A stretch of 24,277 bases of DNA from an uncultured bacterium (GTDB taxonomy: Bacteria; SAR324; NAC60-12): NCBI GenBank assembly GCA_964010765.1, contig CAXGMD010000051.1, forward strand, positions 1 to 24,277, written 5' to 3'. A program made the position numbers and the translations under genes. Below the pieces are notes generated by a model that was not told the DNA's origin, made no database searches, and saw only the letters and a program-made list of their open reading frames with translations. Positions 8,898 to 17,616 of the stretch are shown here, in pieces. The stretch's first letter is position 1. Every line of letters starts with the position of its first letter.

Positions 8898-9129
8898 CAT
8901 TATTCAGAGTCAAGTTGAGGAAATTACGTTTATATTTTGGCCTTTATCAATCCAACTGATGTGGTTCAGCAAATAGGAGAATTGGTGGGTAGTCGGTTAG
9001 ATAATTGTTGAGCGGTCATGAAGCAGAGAGTTGTAAGTTGCCAAAAAAAGATTGAAAATCTGGTCAAATATGTACTGCTGTTATTTGAAGCACATAAATT
9101 CTGATCACCTCAAACGATGGAGAGATATA

Positions 9130-9417
9130 GTGAGGAAAGCATTTTTATACTTGATTGGCGCTACCCTTATTTTGTCTGGATGTGACTCTAAACACCTCGA
9201 GTATCTCTGGACAGAGAGGTACCCAGTCCCTCCAGGAACCTATACTCCTCCGCCTGTGCAGCAACTTCAGCGAAGCGAACAGTATTTTTCGACTTATCCT
9301 GAAATAGAACCGAACTTGATGCAGATGAGAGAAGCGCTGCCACAAGATTGGGGAAGTGGAAACAAGTACTATCGAAGAGACTTGGATGCACAGGCCTCCC
9401 TTCCAAATAACTCTTGA
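9130..9417 (+). CDS. Hypothetical lipoprotein (95 aa), Pro-rich
   Basis: GTG start at 9130 after GGAGAG gives 'MRKAFLYLIGATLILSGC', a classic signal peptide II with lipobox LSGC. Confidence 0.7.
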   Translation: MRKAFLYLIGATLILSGCDSKHLEYLWTERYPVPPGTYTPPPVQQLQRSEQYFSTYPEIEPNLMQMREALPQDWGSGNKYYRRDLDAQASLPNNS

Positions 9418-9477
9418 GACACTTGTAATTCATAGAAAATTTGACCTACCCACGCAATTAAAAATGATGCTCTTGCG

Positions 9478-9831
9478 ATGAAGCGGTTTCTGCTCACACC
9501 GATAACGCTCTTAATTTTGGCGTCCCCGATTCTCGGTTTTAATCCGTCGGATGTGGATAGCTTGCTGAAGCAGGTAGCCAAGCAGAAGGAAAGGATCATC
9601 TGCAACCGATGTGATTTGTCAGCGGCAAAGTTGCCGGATATTGACCTGAGTTATGCCGATTTGAGGGGAGCTAATTTATCTCGGGCCAACTTGAGAAATG
9701 CGGATCTGCGAGAAACTGATCTGAGGGAGGCCAGCCTGCGAGATGCCAATCTGAGTTACGCGATCCTGCGCGGTGCGATTTTCTGTAACACGATCCTTCC
9801 CAATGGAGAGATCAGTGTCAAAGATTGCTGA
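9478..9831 (+). CDS. Secreted pentapeptide-repeat protein (short)
   Basis: Signal peptide, N-cap CNRCDLS, about 12 A(D/N)Lxx pentads, C-cap CNTILPNG...DC. Confidence 0.9.
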   Translation: MKRFLLTPITLLILASPILGFNPSDVDSLLKQVAKQKERIICNRCDLSAAKLPDIDLSYADLRGANLSRANLRNADLRETDLREASLRDANLSYAILRGAIFCNTILPNGEISVKDC

Positions 9832-9910
9832 AGAAGTTCATTGGCTAAGAATCTTAATTGATTGGGTGGCTCTCCCAACAAAGAGTCTTTGAAAGTGAGT
9901 ACATGTCCAA

Positions 9911-10420
9911 TTATTGCTGTGCGCTACTTGAAGAAGATTTCCGAGCAGCAGCACCTTCCAAATGGGCTGCTGCGTATTCAGTCACCTTTTCATCCACTAT
10001 GGACTCGATATCGACTTTGATTTTTTGAATGGGATGATTCAGCAGGAAAACCTCAGAGGAATAGCCAAGGCGTACTTGGTCAGCTAGGTCGTAGCCGAGT
10101 TGGAGTTCAAAATCCGCAGTAATCACAGTGTAGTCTTTGAAATAGCAGTGAACCTTCACATAGACTCTGGCCTTCCTCAGTTGTTTGTTCTTATGAAAAG
10201 CAGGTCGAATGTTTTGCTTTAAAATTCTCTCCCGAATGATTTGGTTCAGATTCAAATCACTGTAGAACGGACACTCTGTATCTACCGAACTCCAGTAAGT
10301 AAGTTCACCCTTTGTTGAATACTCCCGAAGCATTTGCTTTCCCACCGGTCCAAGCTTCTGAGCAAACGATGTAGTTGTCCAGCAAAGCAAAGCCACTAAA
10401 GCCACTATCAGGTATTTCAT
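9911..10420 (-). CDS. Secreted hypothetical protein
   Basis: Signal peptide MKYLIVALVALLCWTTTSFA; AAGGA RBS upstream on the minus strand; two Cys in the mature region. Confidence 0.75.
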   Translation of the reverse strand: MKYLIVALVALLCWTTTSFAQKLGPVGKQMLREYSTKGELTYWSSVDTECPFYSDLNLNQIIRERILKQNIRPAFHKNKQLRKARVYVKVHCYFKDYTVITADFELQLGYDLADQVRLGYSSEVFLLNHPIQKIKVDIESIVDEKVTEYAAAHLEGAAARKSSSSSAQQ

Positions 10421-10689
10421 AACATCCTTTAAACGTTGTTGAAGTAATCAGTTTCACGACACGACATTTTTTCTACAGTCAAGCGGAGCAGTCAAAGGTT
10501 TGATTTCATGGATGAATAACCTAGTTCTTTGATCAGTCTCTAATTGGTTTTGATTAGATGGGCTCAAGTTTGCTTGAAGATGAGCCCACAGTAAGGAAGA
10601 CTACGAAAAAGCTTTCTTCAGGATGAAGCCGGCTACAAGACAGGATGTCATGACCCCCTTGAGAATCGTTTTGAGGAACAGGGAGCCCG

Positions 10690-10974
10690 ATGTCCAGACT
10701 TATGAAATTGCTGTTGATTTCTGTAACTACTCCATTTTTGCTGGGAGCCAAGCCCTTCAATCCCTATCCTCCAACTGAGGAATATCGGGAAGAACAGAAA
10801 AGAATTCAGGAGGTCCTAGCGATCAGTCAGCAACTCAATAGGCAGCCAAGGCCTTACAGTGATCTGAGAGCCCTGCGCATGCAACTGGACCAGTACGCTG
10901 CTTCACAGTCGATACCTGTCATGCCCAAGACAGTGTTCAAAGAATCTCCTCGCCAAATTCGTACCTTCCACTAG
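10690..10974 (+). CDS. Small secreted hypothetical protein
   Basis: GGGAG RBS at 10681-10685; hydrophobic N-terminus followed by a Pro-rich and helical region. Confidence 0.6.
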   Translation: MSRLMKLLLISVTTPFLLGAKPFNPYPPTEEYREEQKRIQEVLAISQQLNRQPRPYSDLRALRMQLDQYAASQSIPVMPKTVFKESPRQIRTFH

Positions 10975-11036
10975 GCAGCCGCTTATTCTGAGAATTAAAT
11001 TTCTGCTTTAATCAGCTATTTCTCGACTGTTGCCTT

Positions 11037-11594
11037 TCATTTCCAACGATAGCCTGCTTCAAGACGGATTCCCTCGACTCTCTGATCTGGAAGATCCTCA
11101 AATTCCATGGTCCCAGTCTTTTGTGTGTAGATCGCAAAGGTCCAGCCGTCATCGGATTCAAAGCCCACACCGTAGCCACTTTGATTGGCCCAAGCGATTT
11201 CCGTATAACTCTCCATTGATTCAATCCAGGTCAAGTAAGCTTGGCCAGCCTGAACCCCCAAAAACCATGAAGAACCAGCCCACACGCGGGCTTCCAGTCC
11301 AAACAAGCCTGTTTTGAAGTAATTATAATCAGGCTTGTCAGGCTGTTGAGCGCTACCTATGTGTTCTCCTCCAAACAAGCGCACCGAGAAGTAGTCTGAA
11401 GCTGTCCACTGATAATCTACGATGCCACCGTAGGCGTAGGATTCCGCATAATTTTGCTCTGTTGAGGAATCAGAGATTTGTAGATCGCCTACACTCAAAT
11501 AAAGCCCAAAGTCTTTGATCGGTTCAGCTTGCAGCCAATTGGGCAACAATAGGCTTAGACTGAATAACAGTACCAACGAAGTTTTGCTGCTCAT
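11037..11594 (-). CDS. Small outer-membrane beta-barrel protein
   Basis: Signal peptide ending in LQA; alternating amphipathic strands rich in G/Y/W; C-terminal 'LEAGYRWK' beta-signal-like strand. Confidence 0.75.
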   Translation of the reverse strand: MSSKTSLVLLFSLSLLLPNWLQAEPIKDFGLYLSVGDLQISDSSTEQNYAESYAYGGIVDYQWTASDYFSVRLFGGEHIGSAQQPDKPDYNYFKTGLFGLEARVWAGSSWFLGVQAGQAYLTWIESMESYTEIAWANQSGYGVGFESDDGWTFAIYTQKTGTMEFEDLPDQRVEGIRLEAGYRWK

Positions 11595-11648
11595 GTTCTG
11601 TTCAGATAGTGAGTGTTTGTTGTTTTTGAGGATGCACTGAATATTCCC

Positions 11649-13667
11649 CTATTCGGGGATTTGTCTGCCAAGTTTTTGGAGAGCCGAGAGAGAGGCGTTT
11701 TCAGGATGGGGATAGATGCGGGCAGACTTGTAGAAAGCTTCAAGGGCCTCTTGCTGATGACCACCAATAAAGGCTGCAAAGCCCTGTAGATATGCAAAGC
11801 GAGCCTGACGTTCTTTGTCGAGAGTCTCATCTTGTAGTGACTCTGCAAGTTTCAGCCAGCTTTCAATTTGAGGTAGAGATTGCTGAGCTCGGTGAGTCAT
11901 CAATACCTCAATCATTCCGGTCAGGCTGAAAAAATTACTTTCAGCTAAAGGGAGGAGAGGCTGGATCTTTTTCTGAAGTTCAGGATCACTACCGAGCACG
12001 GCATAACCAAGGAAGTCTCCATACTGATGCAATAGCTTGTTGCGACGAAATCTTTCCCAACGATCCTTGGGTTGCTGTTGCAACAACTCTCTGAAGTAAG
12101 TCTTTGCTTCGGGCCGAAATACCAATTGCAGAGCGGTTGGATTGCCTCCACGGACAACCTCCTTCAGAAATCCATAGTGCCGAACCCCATGGCCGTGTGA
12201 AAATTGCTCAGAATCCACTGAATAAAATAGAGGACGAGTGCTGTTATTCACAAACTGGCGAAGTGCTTCCTGCTTTCTATGCTCTGAGCTACGGGCTGGG
12301 AATAAGCGGTTCCCATAGACTAGGCCTTGCAGGCTAACTAATTCCAGATCGGGTCGTCGCTCCTCAACATAATGATAGTAGCCAAGCGGTCCGGTTTCCG
12401 AATCACCATAGACAAAGAAGACTGAGTTTTCTGGGAGTAGCTGGAAGACCAATTCAGCGTGTCGCTCAGCAAAGTTATCAGCAGACCGATCGTTCTTTGA
12501 AAGATTTTGAAAAAGCAGCAGGCTCCCGATCAGCAAAGCAATGATGACAGTTCCTGAAGTTTGGAATTCAGGATTTTTAATGAAACAACGAATGAAATCA
12601 TCCAAACCAATGGCTAACCACAAACTAAGTAAGCCATAACACACGAGGGAGTAAGGGCGGAAGACACCGATATTGAAGAAGTCGAAGTCAAAAGCTAGGA
12701 GTGCTAACAGCAATACGCTGTTGCTAAGGAAAATCAAAATTCCAGAGACCTGCAAGGTCAAGGAAAGTTTTTGCATCAGTTTCCACAACCCCCAGAGTGC
12801 GATCCCAAAGCCCAAGGGAGTCAGTTGCCAGAAAGCTTCGCTGCCGAACCATTGCAGAAATTCCCAGCGATCCCACCAACCAGCACTTGGGCTGACATCT
12901 ACACTGGCATAGCCCTGGCGACTGAGATAAAACCAGAAATCCTGCCAGCCTTCGATGGGACCATAGAAGCTGATTAATGGATTTTGTAAAGAGCGCCAGA
13001 CCATTCCTGCGTATGGTAACGCAGCACTCGACAGGCTGAGTAAGATCAATTCCGGAAGACGAGGTAGCACATTTCGCCAAACAGGTAGGGCGAGTACAAA
13101 CAAGCCGGGGAAAGCGAGTACCATCAGTGGGTAGTGATTTGCCAGACTGAGCCCGAAGAAAATTGAGGCTCCCCACCACCATGTTCGTGAATCTGGTGCC
13201 TGCAAGGCTTTCAGAATCAGTAGATAGGTGGCAAAGAAGAGCAGAGCATTGAGTGTGTAGACTTCAGCAATGATCGCTTGTGACCAGAAGTGCTCAGATG
13301 CTCCAAATGCCCAGGCTCCAGCCAAAGCTGCACCGACAGAAGCCCCAAGTAGTCGAGCGCAGCCAAACAGCACTCCGCAGGCAAGAGCCCCCAGAAACGC
13401 GCTGGCAAGGTGTCCTCGAAATGCGTCCGTACCAAAGGGAAGCAGCATAAATAGGTGAGCGATGCCAGTGAAGAGCGGATAACCTGGCGGATGGGCGATC
13501 CCGAGATGCTTGGCTACCATCAGAAAAAGTCCATCGTCTTCCAGCACCACGGTACGGGGTATCGTTAATAGGTAGAGAACGAATGGTCCGCTGATGGAGA
13601 GGAAGAGAGGAAGAAGCTGGCGCCAGACTGAGGCAGTAAACGGGTTGGCTCGAAGAGAAGTGTTCAT
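11649..13667 (-). CDS. DUF2723 / TMEM260-like GT-C glycosyltransferase (putative protein O-mannosyltransferase) with TPR-like C-terminus
   Basis: 'TV..EDDG.F...A..LG.AHPPGYPLF' and 'WSQAIIAEVYTLN' are DUF2723 signatures; many TM helices; TPR-like helical pair at the end. Confidence 0.85.
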   Translation of the reverse strand: MNTSLRANPFTASVWRQLLPLFLSISGPFVLYLLTIPRTVVLEDDGLFLMVAKHLGIAHPPGYPLFTGIAHLFMLLPFGTDAFRGHLASAFLGALACGVLFGCARLLGASVGAALAGAWAFGASEHFWSQAIIAEVYTLNALLFFATYLLILKALQAPDSRTWWWGASIFFGLSLANHYPLMVLAFPGLFVLALPVWRNVLPRLPELILLSLSSAALPYAGMVWRSLQNPLISFYGPIEGWQDFWFYLSRQGYASVDVSPSAGWWDRWEFLQWFGSEAFWQLTPLGFGIALWGLWKLMQKLSLTLQVSGILIFLSNSVLLLALLAFDFDFFNIGVFRPYSLVCYGLLSLWLAIGLDDFIRCFIKNPEFQTSGTVIIALLIGSLLLFQNLSKNDRSADNFAERHAELVFQLLPENSVFFVYGDSETGPLGYYHYVEERRPDLELVSLQGLVYGNRLFPARSSEHRKQEALRQFVNNSTRPLFYSVDSEQFSHGHGVRHYGFLKEVVRGGNPTALQLVFRPEAKTYFRELLQQQPKDRWERFRRNKLLHQYGDFLGYAVLGSDPELQKKIQPLLPLAESNFFSLTGMIEVLMTHRAQQSLPQIESWLKLAESLQDETLDKERQARFAYLQGFAAFIGGHQQEALEAFYKSARIYPHPENASLSALQKLGRQIPE

Positions 13668-13770
13668 GTCACGTTTGCGATTTCAGCTGCCTTTCGAGTT
13701 CATCTGGTAATTACCAACAATGAACCTACCTAGGAAATGCTAAATTCACTATGAATGAAGCTGGTAAAAA

Positions 13771-14201
13771 CTATTCTACCTGGCGTTCCATGTGATCCAG
13801 TCCCAAAATCATCTCTTCCTGAACAGCGGGCATCACGTCGGCCATGTAGGCTCCAAATTTTCGCATGGCACTGGCTCCATGAGGAGAACTGTAGAATTCA
13901 GCCATTGCGTTTAATTCATCAACGGTGAAATGTCTGACCAGTGATGCTCGAGTGGCTTTTTCCAGAACATCTGCTCTGACGACAATCCGCATTTGTGCTA
14001 CAAATCCCTCACGGAGAGCTTCTGGCAAGGATTTCTCATCTCACGAAAAGTATCCTCAAGTAGTTGGGAAATCGGTACTACTGCCAGATATCTCTCGGCT
14101 GCGTGGGTACGTGCTTCTTTCGAATCGTTTGCGAAAATGTTTTGCACGGAAAAGAGAAAAAATCCCAGCACCAGGGACTGAAACAAAGTTCGGTGAACCA
14201 T
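13771..14201 (-). pseudogene. DUF2059-domain secreted protein split by a single-base frameshift
   Basis: The 5' part (ATG 14201, signal peptide, 'AAERYL') and the 3' part ('HFTVDELNAMAEFYSSPHG', DUF2059 motif) join if one base is added near 14032-14036. The span is 431 nt = 3n+2. Confidence 0.75.
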
Positions 14202-14323
14202 GATGTTTTTTAGGGGTATAAAGTTGAAAAACAAAGTGACCAGATGCTTGAACTTAACAAATATCCCAGATGAAACATCCTTTCCTGATCCATGAAGTCA
14301 AGCCAATTGGAAGAAAACAGAGC

Positions 14324-15589
14324 TTAGATTGATCGCGTCTGCTCACAATCTCGGTTATGCATTGTGTAGTCGGGTAGACTGGTGAGGCACAGTTGTGCTT
14401 CAATCAGAGCAGATTTGCTGACAGAAGCTTTGAACAGAATGGTCTTATTCAGATCAGCGTCCTGCAGATCCACATCCCGCAGGTTGGCCTTGATCAGCGA
14501 TGCTTCCATCAAGTTTGCCGCACTGAGATCCGCATCTTGTAGATTTGCACCATGCAGCGTGCTTCGGAAGAGATTTGCCTTCTGTAGATTTGCTTTCTGA
14601 AGATTTGCGCCAGCTAGCCAGGCACTTGTCAGGTTGGCCTTGTGCAGATTGGTATGTGTCAGTTGAGCTTTTTGTAAATCTGCTCCGGAGAGGTTGGCTC
14701 CAATTAGATTGGCTCCCATCAATTGCGTGTTATAGAGTTCAGCGTTGGAAAGATTGGCACCGCTGAGTTCTGACTGAGTGAGGTCTGCATTGGAGAGGCG
14801 GGCTCCCCTCAAATTGGCCCCACTCAGGTTGGTACGGTATAGTTTGGCTCCCCACAGGTTGGCCCCACTCAGGTTGACTCCTCTTAGATCTGCCCCACTC
14901 AAATCCATTTCTGAGAAATCCATCCCGGATAGATCCGTGTCTCGTAAGGCTACTTTTCTAAGCTTTGCCTGCCAAAGATGTGCGCCAGTTAGGTTAACTC
15001 CTGTGAGGTCAGCGTGGCTCAGATCTGAACCTCGTAGGTCTGCGCTAGATAGGTCTTTGCCAGAGAGATCAATCTTGGAAAGATCAGCATCCATCAAGTT
15101 TGCCTTCACCAGATTTTTTTTAGCTAGGAAGGATTCATTTTTGTTGCTTTGTAACTCTTTCACTTCTTCAGACTCTGTCATTGGCAAGATCGACCCAATC
15201 AGGCTGACGTCAGGAAGGCTGACTTCTGGGAGGCTAATCGTTGGAAGGGCTACATCTGGAATACTAAGCTCGGGAATGTCCACATCAGGCATTTCGAAGT
15301 CGAACAAATCTATCGCAGTAGTTTGCGTCCATTGCACCCCTTCTTCAACCCACTGGAAATCGAGTTGCCCAATGAATTCGATTTGTGGCTGAAATGTTTT
15401 AGAAAGATTAAATTTAAAAGAATCGCTCTCAAGAAAATCACCTTCCAAGATATTAGAACCTTGAAGATAAGCACCTAATAAAGGTGAGGTTTGTTCGATT
15501 GGAGGCATGTTCTTACAGGCTGATAGAGCCGGAACAACAAGAAGAACCGTCAGTAATGATTTTGTTATTTTTGAGATGAAATGTTTCAT
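14324..15589 (-). CDS. Pentapeptide-repeat lipoprotein (long)
   Basis: Lipobox LSAC, a (L/I/M)P(D/E/T)(V/L/I)x linker repeat, roughly 48 A(D/N)Lxx pentads, C-cap CLTSLPD...RDC; AGGGAG RBS. Confidence 0.9.
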   Translation of the reverse strand: MKHFISKITKSLLTVLLVVPALSACKNMPPIEQTSPLLGAYLQGSNILEGDFLESDSFKFNLSKTFQPQIEFIGQLDFQWVEEGVQWTQTTAIDLFDFEMPDVDIPELSIPDVALPTISLPEVSLPDVSLIGSILPMTESEEVKELQSNKNESFLAKKNLVKANLMDADLSKIDLSGKDLSSADLRGSDLSHADLTGVNLTGAHLWQAKLRKVALRDTDLSGMDFSEMDLSGADLRGVNLSGANLWGAKLYRTNLSGANLRGARLSNADLTQSELSGANLSNAELYNTQLMGANLIGANLSGADLQKAQLTHTNLHKANLTSAWLAGANLQKANLQKANLFRSTLHGANLQDADLSAANLMEASLIKANLRDVDLQDADLNKTILFKASVSKSALIEAQLCLTSLPDYTMHNRDCEQTRSI

Positions 15590-15803
15590 GACTTCTCCCT
15601 GAGTAGTGTTGATTGGTTCGCAAAGCTTAGGGCAGGGAAAAAATTTTGGGGAGGATGACGGGGGGAGGCTACTCTATGGGTGGGTGAGTCACACCCAAAA
15701 GTTGTGGGACTGGAAGATGCAGTTGCCTTCCTAGATCAGGTATTTGAACTGCTTGATCAAAGAGATTTTAACCTTAGTGAAAAATCTACATTGAAGGAGC
15801 AAA

Positions 15804-16286
15804 ATGAGGATTCGCTTACGATTTCTTGGAATTCTGATGATCGTGTTTGTCGCAACACACTTTGACTTTCAATCGTCCACATTTCGGTTTGAAAGTCCGA
15901 CTGGTGTCTGTGAAGAGGCCTACTCTCCTGAGCGAGGATTTTACTGCACAGAGGACTCTGTGATTTTGCAGCGTCTGATCTTTGAGCGATTTATTGACCT
16001 ACCCACGATCATCGTTGTGTGGGGTTTCACTTTCTTTGTCGTCTACACACGTCGGCCTCAAAACTCAGTGGATTTTTGGGAGGAAACTTCCCATGTGTCA
16101 AAGGATGCTGGAGAACTAGCAGCCGCACTTGGATCTATTCTAGCTTTCACTGGGGTGTTTAATGAGCGAACAATGTCGATAGCGTTTTCGATTGCTTTTC
16201 TTGGATACTTTACGGGACATCTCACAGGGATGTGCTGTAAAGCTTATGCGATGCACCTACGGCGAAAGCAGGAAGAGTTTGGCTGA
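15804..16286 (+). CDS. Membrane protein resembling a condensed MotA/PomA (MotA/TolQ/ExbB) subunit
   Basis: AAGGAG RBS; 4 hydrophobic segments; 'FIDLPTIIVVWG.TF' resembles MotA TM2 and 'AG.LAAALG.I..F...M...F.IA.L....G' resembles TM3-TM4. Confidence 0.55.
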   Translation: MRIRLRFLGILMIVFVATHFDFQSSTFRFESPTGVCEEAYSPERGFYCTEDSVILQRLIFERFIDLPTIIVVWGFTFFVVYTRRPQNSVDFWEETSHVSKDAGELAAALGSILAFTGVFNERTMSIAFSIAFLGYFTGHLTGMCCKAYAMHLRRKQEEFG

Positions 16287-16374
16287 AGTGATAGTGAACG
16301 TTTAGGTATCAAGTTTGGATGGCTTGCAGAAATCAAATTCATCTTCAAAACTTGACGATCTTGCAATATAGCGA

Positions 16375-16674
16375 ATGAAACCCTTCAAAATTTTTCTCAA
16401 TATTGGTGCTGTGTGGTTCCTCTGCAGCTGCCAAGGAAGCCCCAAGCAAACAGGGCCAAGTGGTGGGGAAATACATACGCTGGAGTGTACGGGTTTGGGC
16501 CGGACACTAACCTTGGCTTCAGATCAACTGGAACACCATGAATGCTATAAAGAGGCGGGGGTAGTATGTCCAGGAGGATTCGGTATTCTAGACCGAGTCA
16601 CGGCTTTTACGATCCCACATGGAGACTCCTTCGTGACGCAAGCAACAAATCATCTTGTGGTGGAGTGCAAGTGA
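16375..16674 (+). CDS. Small Cys-rich lipoprotein
   Basis: Lipobox-like 'FLCSC', then the pattern 'GPSG.....ECTG...CYKEAG..CPGGF......ECK' with 4 further Cys. Confidence 0.7.
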   Translation: MKPFKIFLNIGAVWFLCSCQGSPKQTGPSGGEIHTLECTGLGRTLTLASDQLEHHECYKEAGVVCPGGFGILDRVTAFTIPHGDSFVTQATNHLVVECK

Positions 16675-16701
16675 GTCTGTACAGACCTCCCGGCTAAAAA
16701 T

Positions 16702-17616
16702 TCAGTTATCAATTGCTTGATGAATCTGCATCGTTCGGTTGAGGAGCCAGTTCAACAATTTTTGATTTCCTGCCAAAGCATTTTCATGGATTTCTTCTAG
16801 TCCACATCGCAACTGATAGCACTGCAGGTGCACGGCGAAGTTGGCTTCGTTCTGTAGTGTTTGCTGAAAGAACTCTGACTGAATTTGCATGCAGTCAAGC
16901 CGTGGTGACCAGAAAAAACTCCCAGCCACATCAAAAAGTGGATCCCCATAGAGCGCACAGTCCCAGTCCAATACCCCAGTAATCTTTTGACCATCAGTCA
17001 GTACATTATTAGAACCGAAGTCTCCGTGTACTAGTTTGCGTTCTTCAGGACAATGCTTAGTCAGTTGAAGATAGCTCTGCATCACAGGTTGAAGTGCTGT
17101 GGCATCTAGCAAATTACCGGTAAACAGATGATCCCACTGTTGATCTTTTCCACTTATTGTTGACTGTAAAAAAGATTGCCAGGATGAGAAAGTAGCGTGT
17201 CCGCGCTCGTTAAAAGGACCAAAGCCTTCAGAACTTGGCAGTGGAGATTGGTGAATGAGCTTCCAAACCTGACTAACGTACGGAGTGAGTTGTTGGAGAG
17301 TTGGAATTGCACTGTCCTCGAGTGTGATTCCAGGGAGTCGCCGAGAGAGGCAATAAGCATAGTGGGATGAGAAGGAGCCGATCTCCAGAATTTCAGGAAT
17401 CGGCAACTCTTCAGAATGAAATTGTTGAAAGCACCAGCGATCTTTCTGAAATCCAGACTGGTTGGGATTCACTCGCAGGATATATTCTTGGTCCTCCCAA
17501 ACAAATGTGAGTACTCGAGATTCCATTCCTTCGGCGATGGGAGTCCATTGTGGTTCAGATCCATATTTCTCAGTTAGAAATTGTAAGAGTTGCTGGTTGG
17601 AAAGTTCCGGTTTCAT
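16702..17616 (-). CDS. Aminoglycoside phosphotransferase family protein, APH(4)/hygromycin-B-kinase-like
   Basis: Brenner motif HGDFGSNN, 'VLDW', and collinear blocks recalled from E. coli APH(4)-Ia (KPEL, EG.ESR, LRVN, GF.KDR, LPIPE, YC.SRR, GFGPF, CPE.R.LVH.DFGSNNVLTD, FFW.P.L.CM). Confidence 0.88.
   Translation of the reverse strand: MKPELSNQQLLQFLTEKYGSEPQWTPIAEGMESRVLTFVWEDQEYILRVNPNQSGFQKDRWCFQQFHSEELPIPEILEIGSFSSHYAYCLSRRLPGITLEDSAIPTLQQLTPYVSQVWKLIHQSPLPSSEGFGPFNERGHATFSSWQSFLQSTISGKDQQWDHLFTGNLLDATALQPVMQSYLQLTKHCPEERKLVHGDFGSNNVLTDGQKITGVLDWDCALYGDPLFDVAGSFFWSPRLDCMQIQSEFFQQTLQNEANFAVHLQCYQLRCGLEEIHENALAGNQKLLNWLLNRTMQIHQAIDN

Noticed and set aside
8679..8918. Stop-free plus-strand frame of about 79 codons in the intergenic gap
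   Set aside because: No good start or RBS and no recognisable protein motif; it overlaps strong hairpins.
9052..9129. N-terminal extension of the lipoprotein from TTG 9052 (likewise TTG 7757 and TTG 14234)
   Set aside because: Downstream starts have better RBSs and/or place the signal peptide at the N-terminus.
10559..10588. Hairpin TGGGCTCA...TGAGCCCA in a divergent spacer
   Set aside because: A single isolated stem with no second copy seen; not enough to call a REP or ncRNA.
14778..15392. Long plus-strand ORF with repeated 'RLAPL/RSA' units (also 14382-14600, 19637-19837, 19844-20167)
   Set aside because: These are antisense shadows of pentapeptide-repeat genes, whose codon pattern avoids stops on the opposite strand.
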